DNA of 64,000 nucleotides, taken from an uncultured bacterium (GTDB taxonomy: Bacteria > Krumholzibacteriota > Krumholzibacteriia > JACNKJ01). Position 1 is the first letter of the stretch; every line of letters begins with the position of its first letter. The position numbers and the translations under genes are program-made. The stretch covers positions 3,881 to 67,880 of the forward strand of contig CAYFNT010000020.1 of assembly GCA_964344565.1 (NCBI GenBank), read 5' to 3'. The notes below the pieces were generated by a model. The model was not told the origin of the DNA and ran no database searches. It saw nothing but the letters and a program-made list of their open reading frames with translations. Positions 19,054 to 28,556 of this stretch are shown piece after piece.

Positions 19054-19254
19054 ATAACATCGTTTTGAACGAGATTCATGTAAAGGTGAACGGGTTTGGA
19101 CCGATCTCCTCCTTAGCGGGAGAAGAACGGGCGTAACTGAATGTCGTTCAACAACTCCCACGCCGCGAAGAATACCCGGACCGACGATGGACCTCCGTCC
19201 CTCGCCGGATTACGGGGGGAATGACTAGGAATCGTATCGAAAGGACCAGGCCGG

Positions 19255-20757
19255 ATGTTGGATGGACATCTTGTCGATCATTGCAGCGCAGATCAGCTCC
19301 CCTCCCTTTCCCACGTAGCTCTGGAAATCCTGAGACTGTCCCGGGACGAGAACTCGTCCATGGAGGACCTGGCCCAGGTAATCAAGACCGATCCAGCCCT
19401 GACGGTGAAGATGCTGAAAACCGTCAACTCCTCGCTTTTCAATCTCAACCGCGAGATCACCTCCATCGGGCATGCCGTGAACATGCTGGGCATGCGCTCG
19501 GTGCGGGTGCTGGCCCTCAGCTTCTCCCTGGCCGACAGCGTCAAGGGTGACGAGGGTGGCGGATTCGATTTCGAGGCCTACTGGCGCCGCTCCTTGAGCC
19601 ATGCGGTGGCCGCGCGGCTTATCGGGGGAGAAATCAATCCCCTGCTGGCCGAGGAGGCCTTCGTCTCGGGGCTTCTGGCCGATCTGGGCAGCGTGGCCGC
19701 CTGGCGCTGCGCGCCGGAGAGCTACGGCGAGGTCATGGAGGAGTGGCGACGGCATGAGCGCTCCCTCCAGACCATCGAGCTGGAGAAGTTCGGCGACCAC
19801 CATGCCGCCCTCAGCGGCAAGCTCCTGTCCCAGTGGGGACTGCCCGAGACGCTCTGCGAGGCGGTGCGCTCTCATCACGGCGGTCCGGACGCAGGCAGTT
19901 CGCTTCTGGATCGCGTCGTGAGGGCTTCGGCGGATCTGGCCGATCTCTTCTGCCGCGAGATCGCCAGCACCGAGCTCGACTCGGTGAAGACCGGAGTCAT
20001 CGCCCTCACGGGCATCCAACCCGAGAAGCTCGAGGAGATCCTCGAGCAGCTCGACGAGCATGTCCAGGAAGCGGCTTCCATGCTGTCCATCCAAGTGGGC
20101 GAGACCGTGGACTATGCCCGCCTCCAGATCGACGCAGCCCAGCAGCTGGCCCAGCTCAGCATGATGGCCGACGTGGACCTGCGCGCGAGCAACCGCCGCG
20201 AGGAAGAGGCCAGGCTGGAAGCCGAACGCCTCCAGGACGAGAAGGCGGCTATCCTGGAAGTCGCTTCCACCGATGGGCTTACGCAGCTGGCCAACCGCGC
20301 CGCCTTCGACAAGCGCCTCGGCGAGGAGATCGAGAGCGCCATGGCGGATGGCCGTCCCCTGGGGCTCATCATGCTCGACGTGGACCACTTCAAGAACTTC
20401 AACGACACCCACGGACATCGCGCCGGCGACGAAGTGCTGCGCAACGTGGGCGCCATCATGGACGAGGTCGTCAAGGGCCTCGGCTTCGCCGCCCGCTACG
20501 GCGGCGAGGAGTTCGCCGTCATAGCCCCCGGCCGCGAGGGTGAGGGCCTGGAGGAGATCGCCGAAAATCTCAGGCGCAGCATCGAGGAAAAGGTGGTGGA
20601 ATTCGAGGGCAAGCAGCTCAAGGTCACCGCCAGTCTCGGCGCCGTGAGTCACGCCCCCTCCGGGTATCCCAAGGAATCGGATGCCCTGGTCGAGGCCGCC
20701 GACCAGAATCTCTACAAGGCCAAGCAATCGGGCCGAAATCAGGTGGAAGTGGGATAG
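19255..20757 (+). CDS. HDOD-domain diguanylate cyclase
   Basis: LPSLS..DPALTVKMLKTVNS HDOD; DVDHFKNFNDTHGHRAGD, RYGGEEF. Confidence 0.93.
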   Translation: MLDGHLVDHCSADQLPSLSHVALEILRLSRDENSSMEDLAQVIKTDPALTVKMLKTVNSSLFNLNREITSIGHAVNMLGMRSVRVLALSFSLADSVKGDEGGGFDFEAYWRRSLSHAVAARLIGGEINPLLAEEAFVSGLLADLGSVAAWRCAPESYGEVMEEWRRHERSLQTIELEKFGDHHAALSGKLLSQWGLPETLCEAVRSHHGGPDAGSSLLDRVVRASADLADLFCREIASTELDSVKTGVIALTGIQPEKLEEILEQLDEHVQEAASMLSIQVGETVDYARLQIDAAQQLAQLSMMADVDLRASNRREEEARLEAERLQDEKAAILEVASTDGLTQLANRAAFDKRLGEEIESAMADGRPLGLIMLDVDHFKNFNDTHGHRAGDEVLRNVGAIMDEVVKGLGFAARYGGEEFAVIAPGREGEGLEEIAENLRRSIEEKVVEFEGKQLKVTASLGAVSHAPSGYPKESDALVEAADQNLYKAKQSGRNQVEVG

Positions 20758-20855
20758 GGTCGCAAGTCTCGGATCCCGAGTCCACAGTGCAGAGTCACCC
20801 TCCCCGGATGGGGAGGGTTTTTTCTCGGGACTGGTGACTGGAGACTGGCGACCCA
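20757..20855 (+). repeat. Heptamer inverted-repeat element enclosing an intrinsic terminator (20797-20823)
   Basis: accctcccc-ggat-ggggagggt plus T run, flanked by agtc-type heptamers and gggactggtgactggagactggcgaccca. Confidence 0.8.
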
Positions 20856-20937
20856 CAAAGCGGTTGCCCTTCCCGCGACTCCCCTCTAGTTTCCGGGACA
20901 GGTCCACGTGGGCCTGTCCGAGAGGGGCCCGAACACC

Positions 20938-22506
20938 ATGAACCAAGCGCCACGACAGAAGATCCTCTGGGCGGACGATCAGATCGACCTGCTCAAGCCG
21001 CACATGCTCTTCCTCGAGGAGAAGGGCTACAGCCTGCGGGGCGTGGCCAATGGCGACGATGCCGTGGCCCTGCTGGAGCAGGAGGACTTCGACCTGCTCC
21101 TTCTGGACGAGCAGATGCCCGGACGCAGCGGCCTGGAGACTCTCGAGGAGGTGCGCCGCTCCCAGCCCGGCCTGCCGGTGATCATGATCACCAAGAGCGG
21201 CGAGGAGGGCCTCATGAACGAGGCCTTCGGCGGGCAGGTCCAGGATTTCCTGGTGAAGCCCGTGAATCCGGCGCAGATCTTCTCGGCCATCAAGCGCATC
21301 TTCGAGGGGCGGAAGATCCAGGAAAGCCAGCTTTCCCGGGACTATATCCAGGAATACGGTCAGATCAGCACCGAAAACATGGAAGGCGCCGAGCCGGAGC
21401 GCTGGCTCGAGGTGAACCGGTTCCTCACGGACTGGGATCTGAAGCTGGACCGCTTCGAGGGCACGGGCCTGGAGCAGACCCATCAGGATCTGCGTCGCGA
21501 CCTGAATCTCGCTTTCTGCCGCTTCGTGGAGGAACGCTACCAGGGCTGGGCCCAGGCCGATGCCCGGGATCGTCCCCTCATGAGCCCGGACATCTTCTCC
21601 ACCTTCGTGCAGCCCTTCGTGGAAAGCGGCCGCCAGGTCTACTTCATCGTCATAGACTGCATGCGCCTGGACCAGTGGCACGTCATCGAGGAGATGCTCA
21701 GTCCCTTCTTCACCGCCACCCTCGAGCACTACTTCGCCATCCTGCCCACGGCCACTCCCTACGCTCGAAATTCTTTGTTTTCAGGGCTTTGGCCTTCGGA
21801 AATCGCCGAGAAGCTGCCCCAGTTCTGGGTGGAGGATCCCAAGGAGGAGCTCAGCCTCAATCGTTTCGAGCGGGAACTCCTGGGCGCGCAGCTGGCCGCC
21901 AAGGGGCTCCGGGACCGTAACTACAAGTACGTCAAGGTCTCCAACATCTCCCAGGCCAACGAGCTCTACCGACAGATCGGGGGCTTCGCCGATATTCCCA
22001 TGGTGGCCCTGGTCTTCAACTTCCTGGACATCCTTGCCCACGGCCGCAGCCAGTCGGAGATCCTCCAGGAGATCGCGCCGGACGAATCGGCCTTCCGCAG
22101 CCTCATGGCGAGCTGGTTCCGGCATTCGGCCCTCTACGATATCCTCAAATCCCTGGCCAAGGCCGGAGCCATGGTGGTGGTGACCAGCGACCACGGTTCG
22201 GTGCTCTGTCGCCGTTCGGCCCTGGTCCAGGGCAACCGGAGCACCTCCACGGGCATTCGCTACAAATACGGCGACAATCTGGGCTGCGACACCAAGCAGA
22301 CCCTGCGTATCAAGGATCCCCTGGCCTGGGGGCTGCCCAGCGAACGGGCCACCAAGGACTACGTCATCGCCAAGGAGAACCACTTCTTCGTCTATCCCAC
22401 CAACTATCACGAGTTCGAGCAGCGCTATAACGGCAGCTTTCAGCACGGGGGCATATCCCTCGAGGAGATGATCGTCCCTTGCGCCGTCCTGGATCCCAAG
22501 ACCTGA
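20938..22506 (+). CDS. porX: PorX-type response regulator (REC + PglZ alkaline-phosphatase-like domain)
   Basis: ILWADD, LLDEQMPG, MITKS, KPVNP; IDCMRLDQW, ILPTATPYARN, DILAH, TSDHG, FQHGGISLEEM; followed by tsaE. Confidence 0.88.
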   Translation: MNQAPRQKILWADDQIDLLKPHMLFLEEKGYSLRGVANGDDAVALLEQEDFDLLLLDEQMPGRSGLETLEEVRRSQPGLPVIMITKSGEEGLMNEAFGGQVQDFLVKPVNPAQIFSAIKRIFEGRKIQESQLSRDYIQEYGQISTENMEGAEPERWLEVNRFLTDWDLKLDRFEGTGLEQTHQDLRRDLNLAFCRFVEERYQGWAQADARDRPLMSPDIFSTFVQPFVESGRQVYFIVIDCMRLDQWHVIEEMLSPFFTATLEHYFAILPTATPYARNSLFSGLWPSEIAEKLPQFWVEDPKEELSLNRFERELLGAQLAAKGLRDRNYKYVKVSNISQANELYRQIGGFADIPMVALVFNFLDILAHGRSQSEILQEIAPDESAFRSLMASWFRHSALYDILKSLAKAGAMVVVTSDHGSVLCRRSALVQGNRSTSTGIRYKYGDNLGCDTKQTLRIKDPLAWGLPSERATKDYVIAKENHFFVYPTNYHEFEQRYNGSFQHGGISLEEMIVPCAVLDPKT

Positions 22507-22964
22507 TCTTCACCCGTCGATCCCCCGAGGAGACCGCCGACCTGGCCGCGGCTCTGGGCCTGGTGGCCCGGCCGGGAGATTTCGTGGCCCTGTTCGGTGA
22601 TCTGGGCGCGGGAAAGACCGTCTTCGCCAAGGGATTCTGCGCGGCACTGGGCATCGAGCCCGCCGAGGTGGACAGCCCCACCTTCGTGCTGCTCAACGAG
22701 TATTCCGGGCGCCTGCCGGTGTATCATTTCGACGCTTACCGCCTGGAAGGGGGAGCGGCGGAGCTCACGGAACTCGGATACTTCGACGAAAGCCTGGAAG
22801 AGGGCGTCGTGCTCCTGGAGTGGGCCGGCCGAGTGGGAAACCTGTTGCCACCCAAGGCCTTGCGACTGCGCATCGAGTGGCTGGAGGCCGAGAGCCGCCG
22901 CCTGGTCATCGAGGAGCCCTCCGATCGGATCCGTATGGCTCTGGCGCGGATCCAGGCCGATTAA
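22479..22964 (+). CDS. tsaE: tRNA t6A biosynthesis ATPase (start uncertain)
   Basis: GDLGAGKT, SPTFVLLNEY, YHFDAYRL, LEW. Confidence 0.93.
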   Translation: MRRPGSQDLIFTRRSPEETADLAAALGLVARPGDFVALFGDLGAGKTVFAKGFCAALGIEPAEVDSPTFVLLNEYSGRLPVYHFDAYRLEGGAAELTELGYFDESLEEGVVLLEWAGRVGNLLPPKALRLRIEWLEAESRRLVIEEPSDRIRMALARIQAD

Positions 22965-23585
22965 ATCAAGCCCATCGCCCTGCTTTTTTCTCGAAAGCTC
23001 GACCGCCAGTCTGACGTGTTTCGGGAAGAGCCTGAAGGACAGGGGTTACCCGGATTCACTCTCACACTCGGCGTTGCGCCTGTTCGCCTGGGTGCCTTTC
23101 GCCGGCCCCCGTCACTCCAAGTCGGATTGTATCCATCCGGATACAAGCAATAACCAAAGACATGTCAATAAATCAGTGCTATAGACCTGATTAATAGACA
23201 GGTCGGATCATCTATCAGCAGGGCGCCGAGACACCGGCCCGGTCACCTGACCACCGATACCCGCTCGCGAAGGACCCAGCCAGCCCTCTGCCAGACTGGC
23301 GCAGTTTTCACAGCCTCGAGGGTCACACGATTCCCTGTCCGGTGGCACATTCTTCCCCGAAGCTTCTCTCGGACATAGCGTGCGCTGGATCTCCGGGCGG
23401 AAACGAAGGCATTGAAGTCAATTCAATGAATTGCCCTCAAAGGGCTTAGGGCCAGTTCATCTGAATCTTACTCACTTCGGACCGAATTCTGCTCAGTGGC
23501 TGTGGATCTAGTCAGGCCGAGGTCGTGCTTTGGGGAGAGGCCGCCGAATGGCCGGAATCATGGACATCCTTGGAGGGTCTAAACA

Positions 23586-24047
23586 ATGAAAACGCTGAGA
23601 CTTGCAAGTTTTCTTCTCCTGCTCGCCGGCGTCGCCATGGCTGGCAACACCGCCACGCAGAACGTGGATGTGACCATCCCCGCCGTCGATGAAGTCGCCG
23701 TCAGCGGCGACGCGACCATCACCTTCGCGACGCCTTCGGGCGGTTCCGGATTCAGCGATGCGACCGACGCGTCCACGACACTGTCCTGGACCACCAACCA
23801 GTCCGGGCGCGAGATCACCATCGCCTACGATGCTGCCCACAGCGGCATCACCCTGAAGTGCGAGGCCACCTCGATCAGTGGCGGAACCAGTGCCGGGCAG
23901 ATCACCCTCGGCACCTCCGCGGCGGACTTCGTGACGAGCATCGACAACACGTCGGGTTCGGCCACCCTGAGCTACACCGCCTCGGCCACCCTCTCGGCCA
24001 CGACTTCGGCCTATGTGGTGACCTTCACGATTCAGGCTGCCGTATAA
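23586..24047 (+). CDS. Secreted Ser/Thr-rich beta protein, putative fimbrial major subunit
   Basis: GGAGG RBS; signal peptide; alternating N-terminal strand TATQNVDVTI; C-terminal YVVTFTI strand. Confidence 0.7.
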   Translation: MKTLRLASFLLLLAGVAMAGNTATQNVDVTIPAVDEVAVSGDATITFATPSGGSGFSDATDASTTLSWTTNQSGREITIAYDAAHSGITLKCEATSISGGTSAGQITLGTSAADFVTSIDNTSGSATLSYTASATLSATTSAYVVTFTIQAAV

Positions 24048-24072
24048 GCCGCTGAAAACGTGCTTTACAGGC

Positions 24073-24105
24073 TCTGCGCGGGGATCTAGCCTCTCCCCGC
24101 GCAGA
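24073..24105 (+). promoter_or_regulatory. 12-bp stem-loop between pilin-like and chaperone-like genes
   Basis: tctgcgcgggga-9 nt-tccccgcgcaga, no long U-tract. Confidence 0.7.
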
Positions 24106-24110
24106 CCTAT

Positions 24111-24926
24111 TTGGCGGTGCACGTGAGACGCTTGTTCATCCTATCCATCGTGTTGTGGCTCTTGCCCTTGCAAGCCATGGCGAACCTGTCGGTGGACGGC
24201 GACCTCATCGAGAGCTTCAACCTGCAGCCCGGCCAGGTCTTCGAGGGATCCCTCGTCATCCGCAACAGCGGCTCAGAGCCTCAATCAGGAAGGGCTTACA
24301 TCACCGACTACCTCTTCGGCGCCAGCGGCTGGAATCGTTACGATCCGCCGGGCAGCCATGAACGATCCAGCGGCCTCTGGACCCAGGTCTCGCCCTCCGA
24401 GTTCGTGGTGCCCGGTGGCGGGGAGTTCTTCCTGGCCTACTCCATCGAGGTTCCGCCCGTGGACAGCCTTCAGGGCAGCTACTGGTGTTCGGTGATCATC
24501 GAGCCAGGCCTGGACGTAAGCTCCAACCAGACAACGACTTCGGACGCGGACAATCCCGATGTTGCCCTCCGCACGGTGATTCGCCACGCAATTCAGTTCT
24601 CCGTGGATCTGGGGGATGGGGCCCGCAAGGAGGTGCAGATCGTCGGCCGGAGCCTGGAGGCCGACGGTGAGGGTCTCAAGCTGGTCCTCGACGTCGAAAA
24701 CGTGGGGGATGCCTGGGTCAACCCCTTGATATGGGCCGAGTTCTTCGACTCCGAGGGAACCCGGGTGGATCGCCAGGAGCAGCAGCGCGGGCGGCTCTAC
24801 CCGAGTTGCTCCCTGAGACAGATTTTCCCACTGAATCTCGCCGCGGGCGCCTACGAGGTGCTGGTCATCATCGACGACGGGAACGGCGAGGCCTGGGGCG
24901 CCCAGTACAGCCTCGAGATCCCCTGA
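24111..24926 (+). CDS. Periplasmic two-Ig-domain protein, putative pilus chaperone
   Basis: Signal peptide; VIRNSG, W..VSP, GSYWCSVIIE, VENVGD, LYP, GAYEVLVIID. Confidence 0.65.
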   Translation: MAVHVRRLFILSIVLWLLPLQAMANLSVDGDLIESFNLQPGQVFEGSLVIRNSGSEPQSGRAYITDYLFGASGWNRYDPPGSHERSSGLWTQVSPSEFVVPGGGEFFLAYSIEVPPVDSLQGSYWCSVIIEPGLDVSSNQTTTSDADNPDVALRTVIRHAIQFSVDLGDGARKEVQIVGRSLEADGEGLKLVLDVENVGDAWVNPLIWAEFFDSEGTRVDRQEQQRGRLYPSCSLRQIFPLNLAAGAYEVLVIIDDGNGEAWGAQYSLEIP

Positions 24927-25106
24927 GACGCCCCCCTGAAAACCCGATAACCATTTACAATTAATCAAGTTAGCCCTTCATCCCGGAAGGTCCGAAAGGC
25001 CCGTTCCGGGGGGACTTGTGGTGCCCTTATTGCTCTGAAGGGATGGTCGTTCCTCGGAGCTTCCGAGGGGGGACCGTGATCCCTGGAGACGCCGGAGGCT
25101 AACTCC

Positions 25107-28100
25107 TTGTCGCTCAAGGACTCCCATTGTGGCTTCAGCTCGAGCCTGGTACTGGCCCTGGTCGGTATCCTGGCTCTGGGACAGGCGTCCCCGGGCCTGG
25201 GCGAAGCCGTATCTCCTGGGGGCATCACCATCTCCGGTCCCGACTCCCTGGCTTGCGACTCCGGAGCCACGGTTTCCTTCCTGCTCCGGGTCGAGGCACC
25301 GGCCGGCGAGGAGGGCAGCTATCCGGAGATTCTCGAGCATCCCCTGGCCTGGAAGGCCGTGCTCGGGCCCAAGATCCGCAATTTCGCCATGGAACAGGGC
25401 GCGCTCAGGCTGCTGGCATTCCAGATTCCCCTGGATACTCCCCCCGGCAACTATCCCCTGCGCTACGCCCTGGATCATCCCGAAGGCGTGATCGAGAAGC
25501 GGGTTGAGGTGCGGGTGCCGGCCCGCCCAGGCCTGAGGGTGAAGGTGCTGGATCGGCCTTCACTGCTCATCGCCGGCGAGGAGGGCCGGATCCGCTTCCT
25601 GGTATCCAATCGCGGCAACACGGATCTGGACCTGCAGCTCGAGGTCACCTGCCGCAGCGGCTGGCCGGTGGCCCTGAGCCAGAGCCGGATCCACATTCCC
25701 GCGGGCATGAGCCGAAGCGTGGCCGCCAGGGTCTGGGCTCCCACGGGCCTGGACCACAAGATGCGACCGCATATCCGTTTCAGCGCAAGGGCCGCGGCTC
25801 CCCACCAGGACCTGCGCACCGAGTCGGCGGAGCTCCTCCTGGACGCGGTTCCCCGGATCTCGCGGGGAACCGATCCCTGGCGCCGCCTTCCCACCGAGTT
25901 GCAGCTCCTGGCCAACCTGAGTCCGGACGGCACCGGACTGTCCGGCCAATGGCGGGGCCGGGGCCATCTCGACGGACAGGGTCGCCACGAGCTGGACATC
26001 CTGCTTCGCGGTCCGGATTCCCGCGGATTCGGGGCCTTCGGACGGCGGGAGGAGTATCGCGCGGCCCTCCGCAGCCCCGGCGCCACGGTCTACCTCGGCG
26101 ACGGGGCCTACTCCCTTTCGCCCCTGACCCGCGGACCCCTGCGGTCCCGGGGCGCGGAGCTGTCCCTGGACACTCCAGGCGGTCTCCGCAGCGGGGCCTT
26201 CCTCATCGAGCGGCCGGGCGGGGCCAAACAGCGGGAAGTGGGGGCCTACCTGGGAAGCCGGACGGGCGAAGGCGATCGCTGGCGCCTGAACTTCCTGGGC
26301 AAGCCCTCGGGATCCGGCGGCGGCAACCTGAACGTGGGCATGGCATCGCTGGAGGCGGCCTTCTCCCTGACCGAGGATCTCGCCTCGGAGCTGGAGGCCT
26401 CCCTGAGTCGCGACGGAGCTACGGGCGGCGCCTACCGGATCCTGCTGAGCAAGCATCTGGGCTCCCTGCGCTACCGGCTGGAGCGCATCTACGCCAGCGA
26501 AGATTTCCGCGGCAGCTACCGGGACCACGACTACCTGTCCGGCGAGATGGGCGCGTCCCTGGGCGACTCCTGGAATCTGCATTTCCTGGGGCGGCGATGG
26601 AAGCGCAAGGTCTACGATCAGGGACTCGTCCACCCCGGCTGGGAGCATCGCGCTGAGATGGGCGTGCAGCATCGGCCGAGGCGGGGTGTGGTTCTCGGAC
26701 TCAGCGGCATCCTCGCCGATCACCGCAGCTCGGCCGTGGGCAAGGATTGGCGCGAAGGCCTGTTGCGCATGGAATCCGGCCTGACCGGCAGCGGACTCAG
26801 CCTCGGACTTCGCCTGGAGATGGGCGAGCGCCGCGGCGATTCTTCCGGCGTGCCGAACGAACTCCTGCGGGCCACCCTTTCGGCCCGAACCCAGCTTCGT
26901 TCCTGGCTCTCGCTCTCCCTGGCCGGCACCCGCAATCGGGTGACGGGGGGCCTGAACGGAGGCACCAGCGACACCGGCCAGATCACACTGCTCGCCACGC
27001 CCAACGCGCGCATGAGCTTCAGCCTGCGGGCCTCGGCCTCCGAGTACCGATTCCAGACCCATAGCCGATACCGACAGGTGGACCTCACCGGACGCTATCG
27101 CATCTCGAGGGCCTTCTGGCTCGACATGCAGGCGCGCCTGGGCCAGTCCGGCGACCGGGACTGGGAACCTTCCCTCATGGTCGGCATCACCCGCTCCCTG
27201 GGCCTGCCCCTGGCCCGCACCGCTCGTCTGGCCCACCTGGAAGGCCGCATCGTGGATCGGGAATCGGGCCGCGACGCCGGCGTGGCGGATCTGCTGCTCC
27301 GCCTGGACGATCACACGGCGGTCACCGACGAGGATGGGCGCTTCAGCTTTCCCAACATTCCCGCCGGCGACTACCGGCTCGATCTGCCCCGGCCCTCCTT
27401 GGGCGTGGGACAGGCCCTGGTGGAGAAGGCGCCCCTGCGGGTGTCCCTGGACGAAGGCGATCGGCGCGAGATACAGCTGAGCGTGGCCCGCACCTCCACC
27501 CTGAGCGGGCACATCCTGCTCTACGCCACCAGCGAGTCGCGGAACCGCCCGGGCGGCCGCCCCGAAGGCCTCTACCTGGAGGGCCGCGGCCGAACCAACT
27601 GGAGCGAGGACGAGGGCGCCGATCCGCCGCTCCTGGACGAGAACCTTTTGGAGATGGGCGGACAGGAAGGCGTGCTGCTGCGCCTCAGCGGACAGGGTCG
27701 CATCTTCTATCGCCTCAGCGATGCCCAGGGACGATTCCAGTTCGAGGAACTTCCGCCCGGCGCGTGGCTGCTCGAGGTGGAAGACGCGCCCCTGCCCGCG
27801 AACCACTTCCTCGAGGAGAAGCTCTTCGCCTTCGAGCTCCTGCCAGGCGAAAACGCGCTGCGCGATTTTCGGATTCTGCCGTCCTTCCGTCCCGTCCGGA
27901 TCATCGATCAGGAGAGCCTGCGGGCCGACGCGCCGCCGGCTGGAAAGGACCCGCGGCCTGTGCTAAGTTCCCGCCGTTCGCCTGCGGAAGGGAATCGCAT
28001 TGATCCTGTCCATCGACCTGTCGTTCCGCCTGGGACTGATGAGCCTGGAGCTCCCGGACGGCCGCACCCTGGTCCGTCACAGCGACCGGCCCCGGGAGCA

Positions 28101-28556
28101 TCTGGAGTTCATCCAGAAGGCTCTGGCGGAGCTGGCGGCGGAGGGCGGCCTGAACTGGGCCGATTTGACACGCCTGGCGGTGACCACGGGGCCGGGCAGC
28201 TTCACGGGGCTGCGCGTGGGCCTGTCGGCGGCCAAGGGCCTGATCTTCGATACGGACATCCCGCTCCTGCCCCTGCCCAGCCTTGCCGTGCCGGCCCTGG
28301 CGGCGGGGGAGTCCTCGCCGAGAGCCTTGTTCCGGCGGTCCCGAGCCGGGGAGTTCTGGACAGCCTTCTTTCCGCCGGGGGAGCGGGAGCCCAGCGAGGA
28401 AGCTCCGCGGGATATCGATGGCTCCTTGCGCTGGCGGGACTCGCTCTCCTCGCGCTGGCCGGAGTTGCGGTGCATCGGCGACGTGTCCGACGAGCTCGCC
28501 GGCATCGAGTGCCAGAGCGAGCCCGACGCGCCCGCGCAGCTGGACGCTCTGGCTGA
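25107..28556 (+). CDS. Large exported protein with Ig domains, beta-barrel and CarboxypepD_reg-like repeats; putative usher (conserved part probably ends near 27930)
   Basis: Signal peptide; PPGNYPL and SNRGN Ig motifs; amphipathic strands; TDEDGRFSFPNIPAGDY and SDAQGRFQFEELPPGAW; tail overlaps tsaB. Confidence 0.65.
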   Translation: MSLKDSHCGFSSSLVLALVGILALGQASPGLGEAVSPGGITISGPDSLACDSGATVSFLLRVEAPAGEEGSYPEILEHPLAWKAVLGPKIRNFAMEQGALRLLAFQIPLDTPPGNYPLRYALDHPEGVIEKRVEVRVPARPGLRVKVLDRPSLLIAGEEGRIRFLVSNRGNTDLDLQLEVTCRSGWPVALSQSRIHIPAGMSRSVAARVWAPTGLDHKMRPHIRFSARAAAPHQDLRTESAELLLDAVPRISRGTDPWRRLPTELQLLANLSPDGTGLSGQWRGRGHLDGQGRHELDILLRGPDSRGFGAFGRREEYRAALRSPGATVYLGDGAYSLSPLTRGPLRSRGAELSLDTPGGLRSGAFLIERPGGAKQREVGAYLGSRTGEGDRWRLNFLGKPSGSGGGNLNVGMASLEAAFSLTEDLASELEASLSRDGATGGAYRILLSKHLGSLRYRLERIYASEDFRGSYRDHDYLSGEMGASLGDSWNLHFLGRRWKRKVYDQGLVHPGWEHRAEMGVQHRPRRGVVLGLSGILADHRSSAVGKDWREGLLRMESGLTGSGLSLGLRLEMGERRGDSSGVPNELLRATLSARTQLRSWLSLSLAGTRNRVTGGLNGGTSDTGQITLLATPNARMSFSLRASASEYRFQTHSRYRQVDLTGRYRISRAFWLDMQARLGQSGDRDWEPSLMVGITRSLGLPLARTARLAHLEGRIVDRESGRDAGVADLLLRLDDHTAVTDEDGRFSFPNIPAGDYRLDLPRPSLGVGQALVEKAPLRVSLDEGDRREIQLSVARTSTLSGHILLYATSESRNRPGGRPEGLYLEGRGRTNWSEDEGADPPLLDENLLEMGGQEGVLLRLSGQGRIFYRLSDAQGRFQFEELPPGAWLLEVEDAPLPANHFLEEKLFAFELLPGENALRDFRILPSFRPVRIIDQESLRADAPPAGKDPRPVLSSRRSPAEGNRIDPVHRPVVPPGTDEPGAPGRPHPGPSQRPAPGASGVHPEGSGGAGGGGRPELGRFDTPGGDHGAGQLHGAARGPVGGQGPDLRYGHPAPAPAQPCRAGPGGGGVLAESLVPAVPSRGVLDSLLSAGGAGAQRGSSAGYRWLLALAGLALLALAGVAVHRRRVRRARRHRVPERARRARAAGRSG

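Noticed and set aside
20938..22506. PglZ domain as a BREX defence system
   Set aside because: It is fused to a receiver domain next to tsaE (PorX type), with no brxC/pglX nearby; the Lon-like gene is distant and LonC-type
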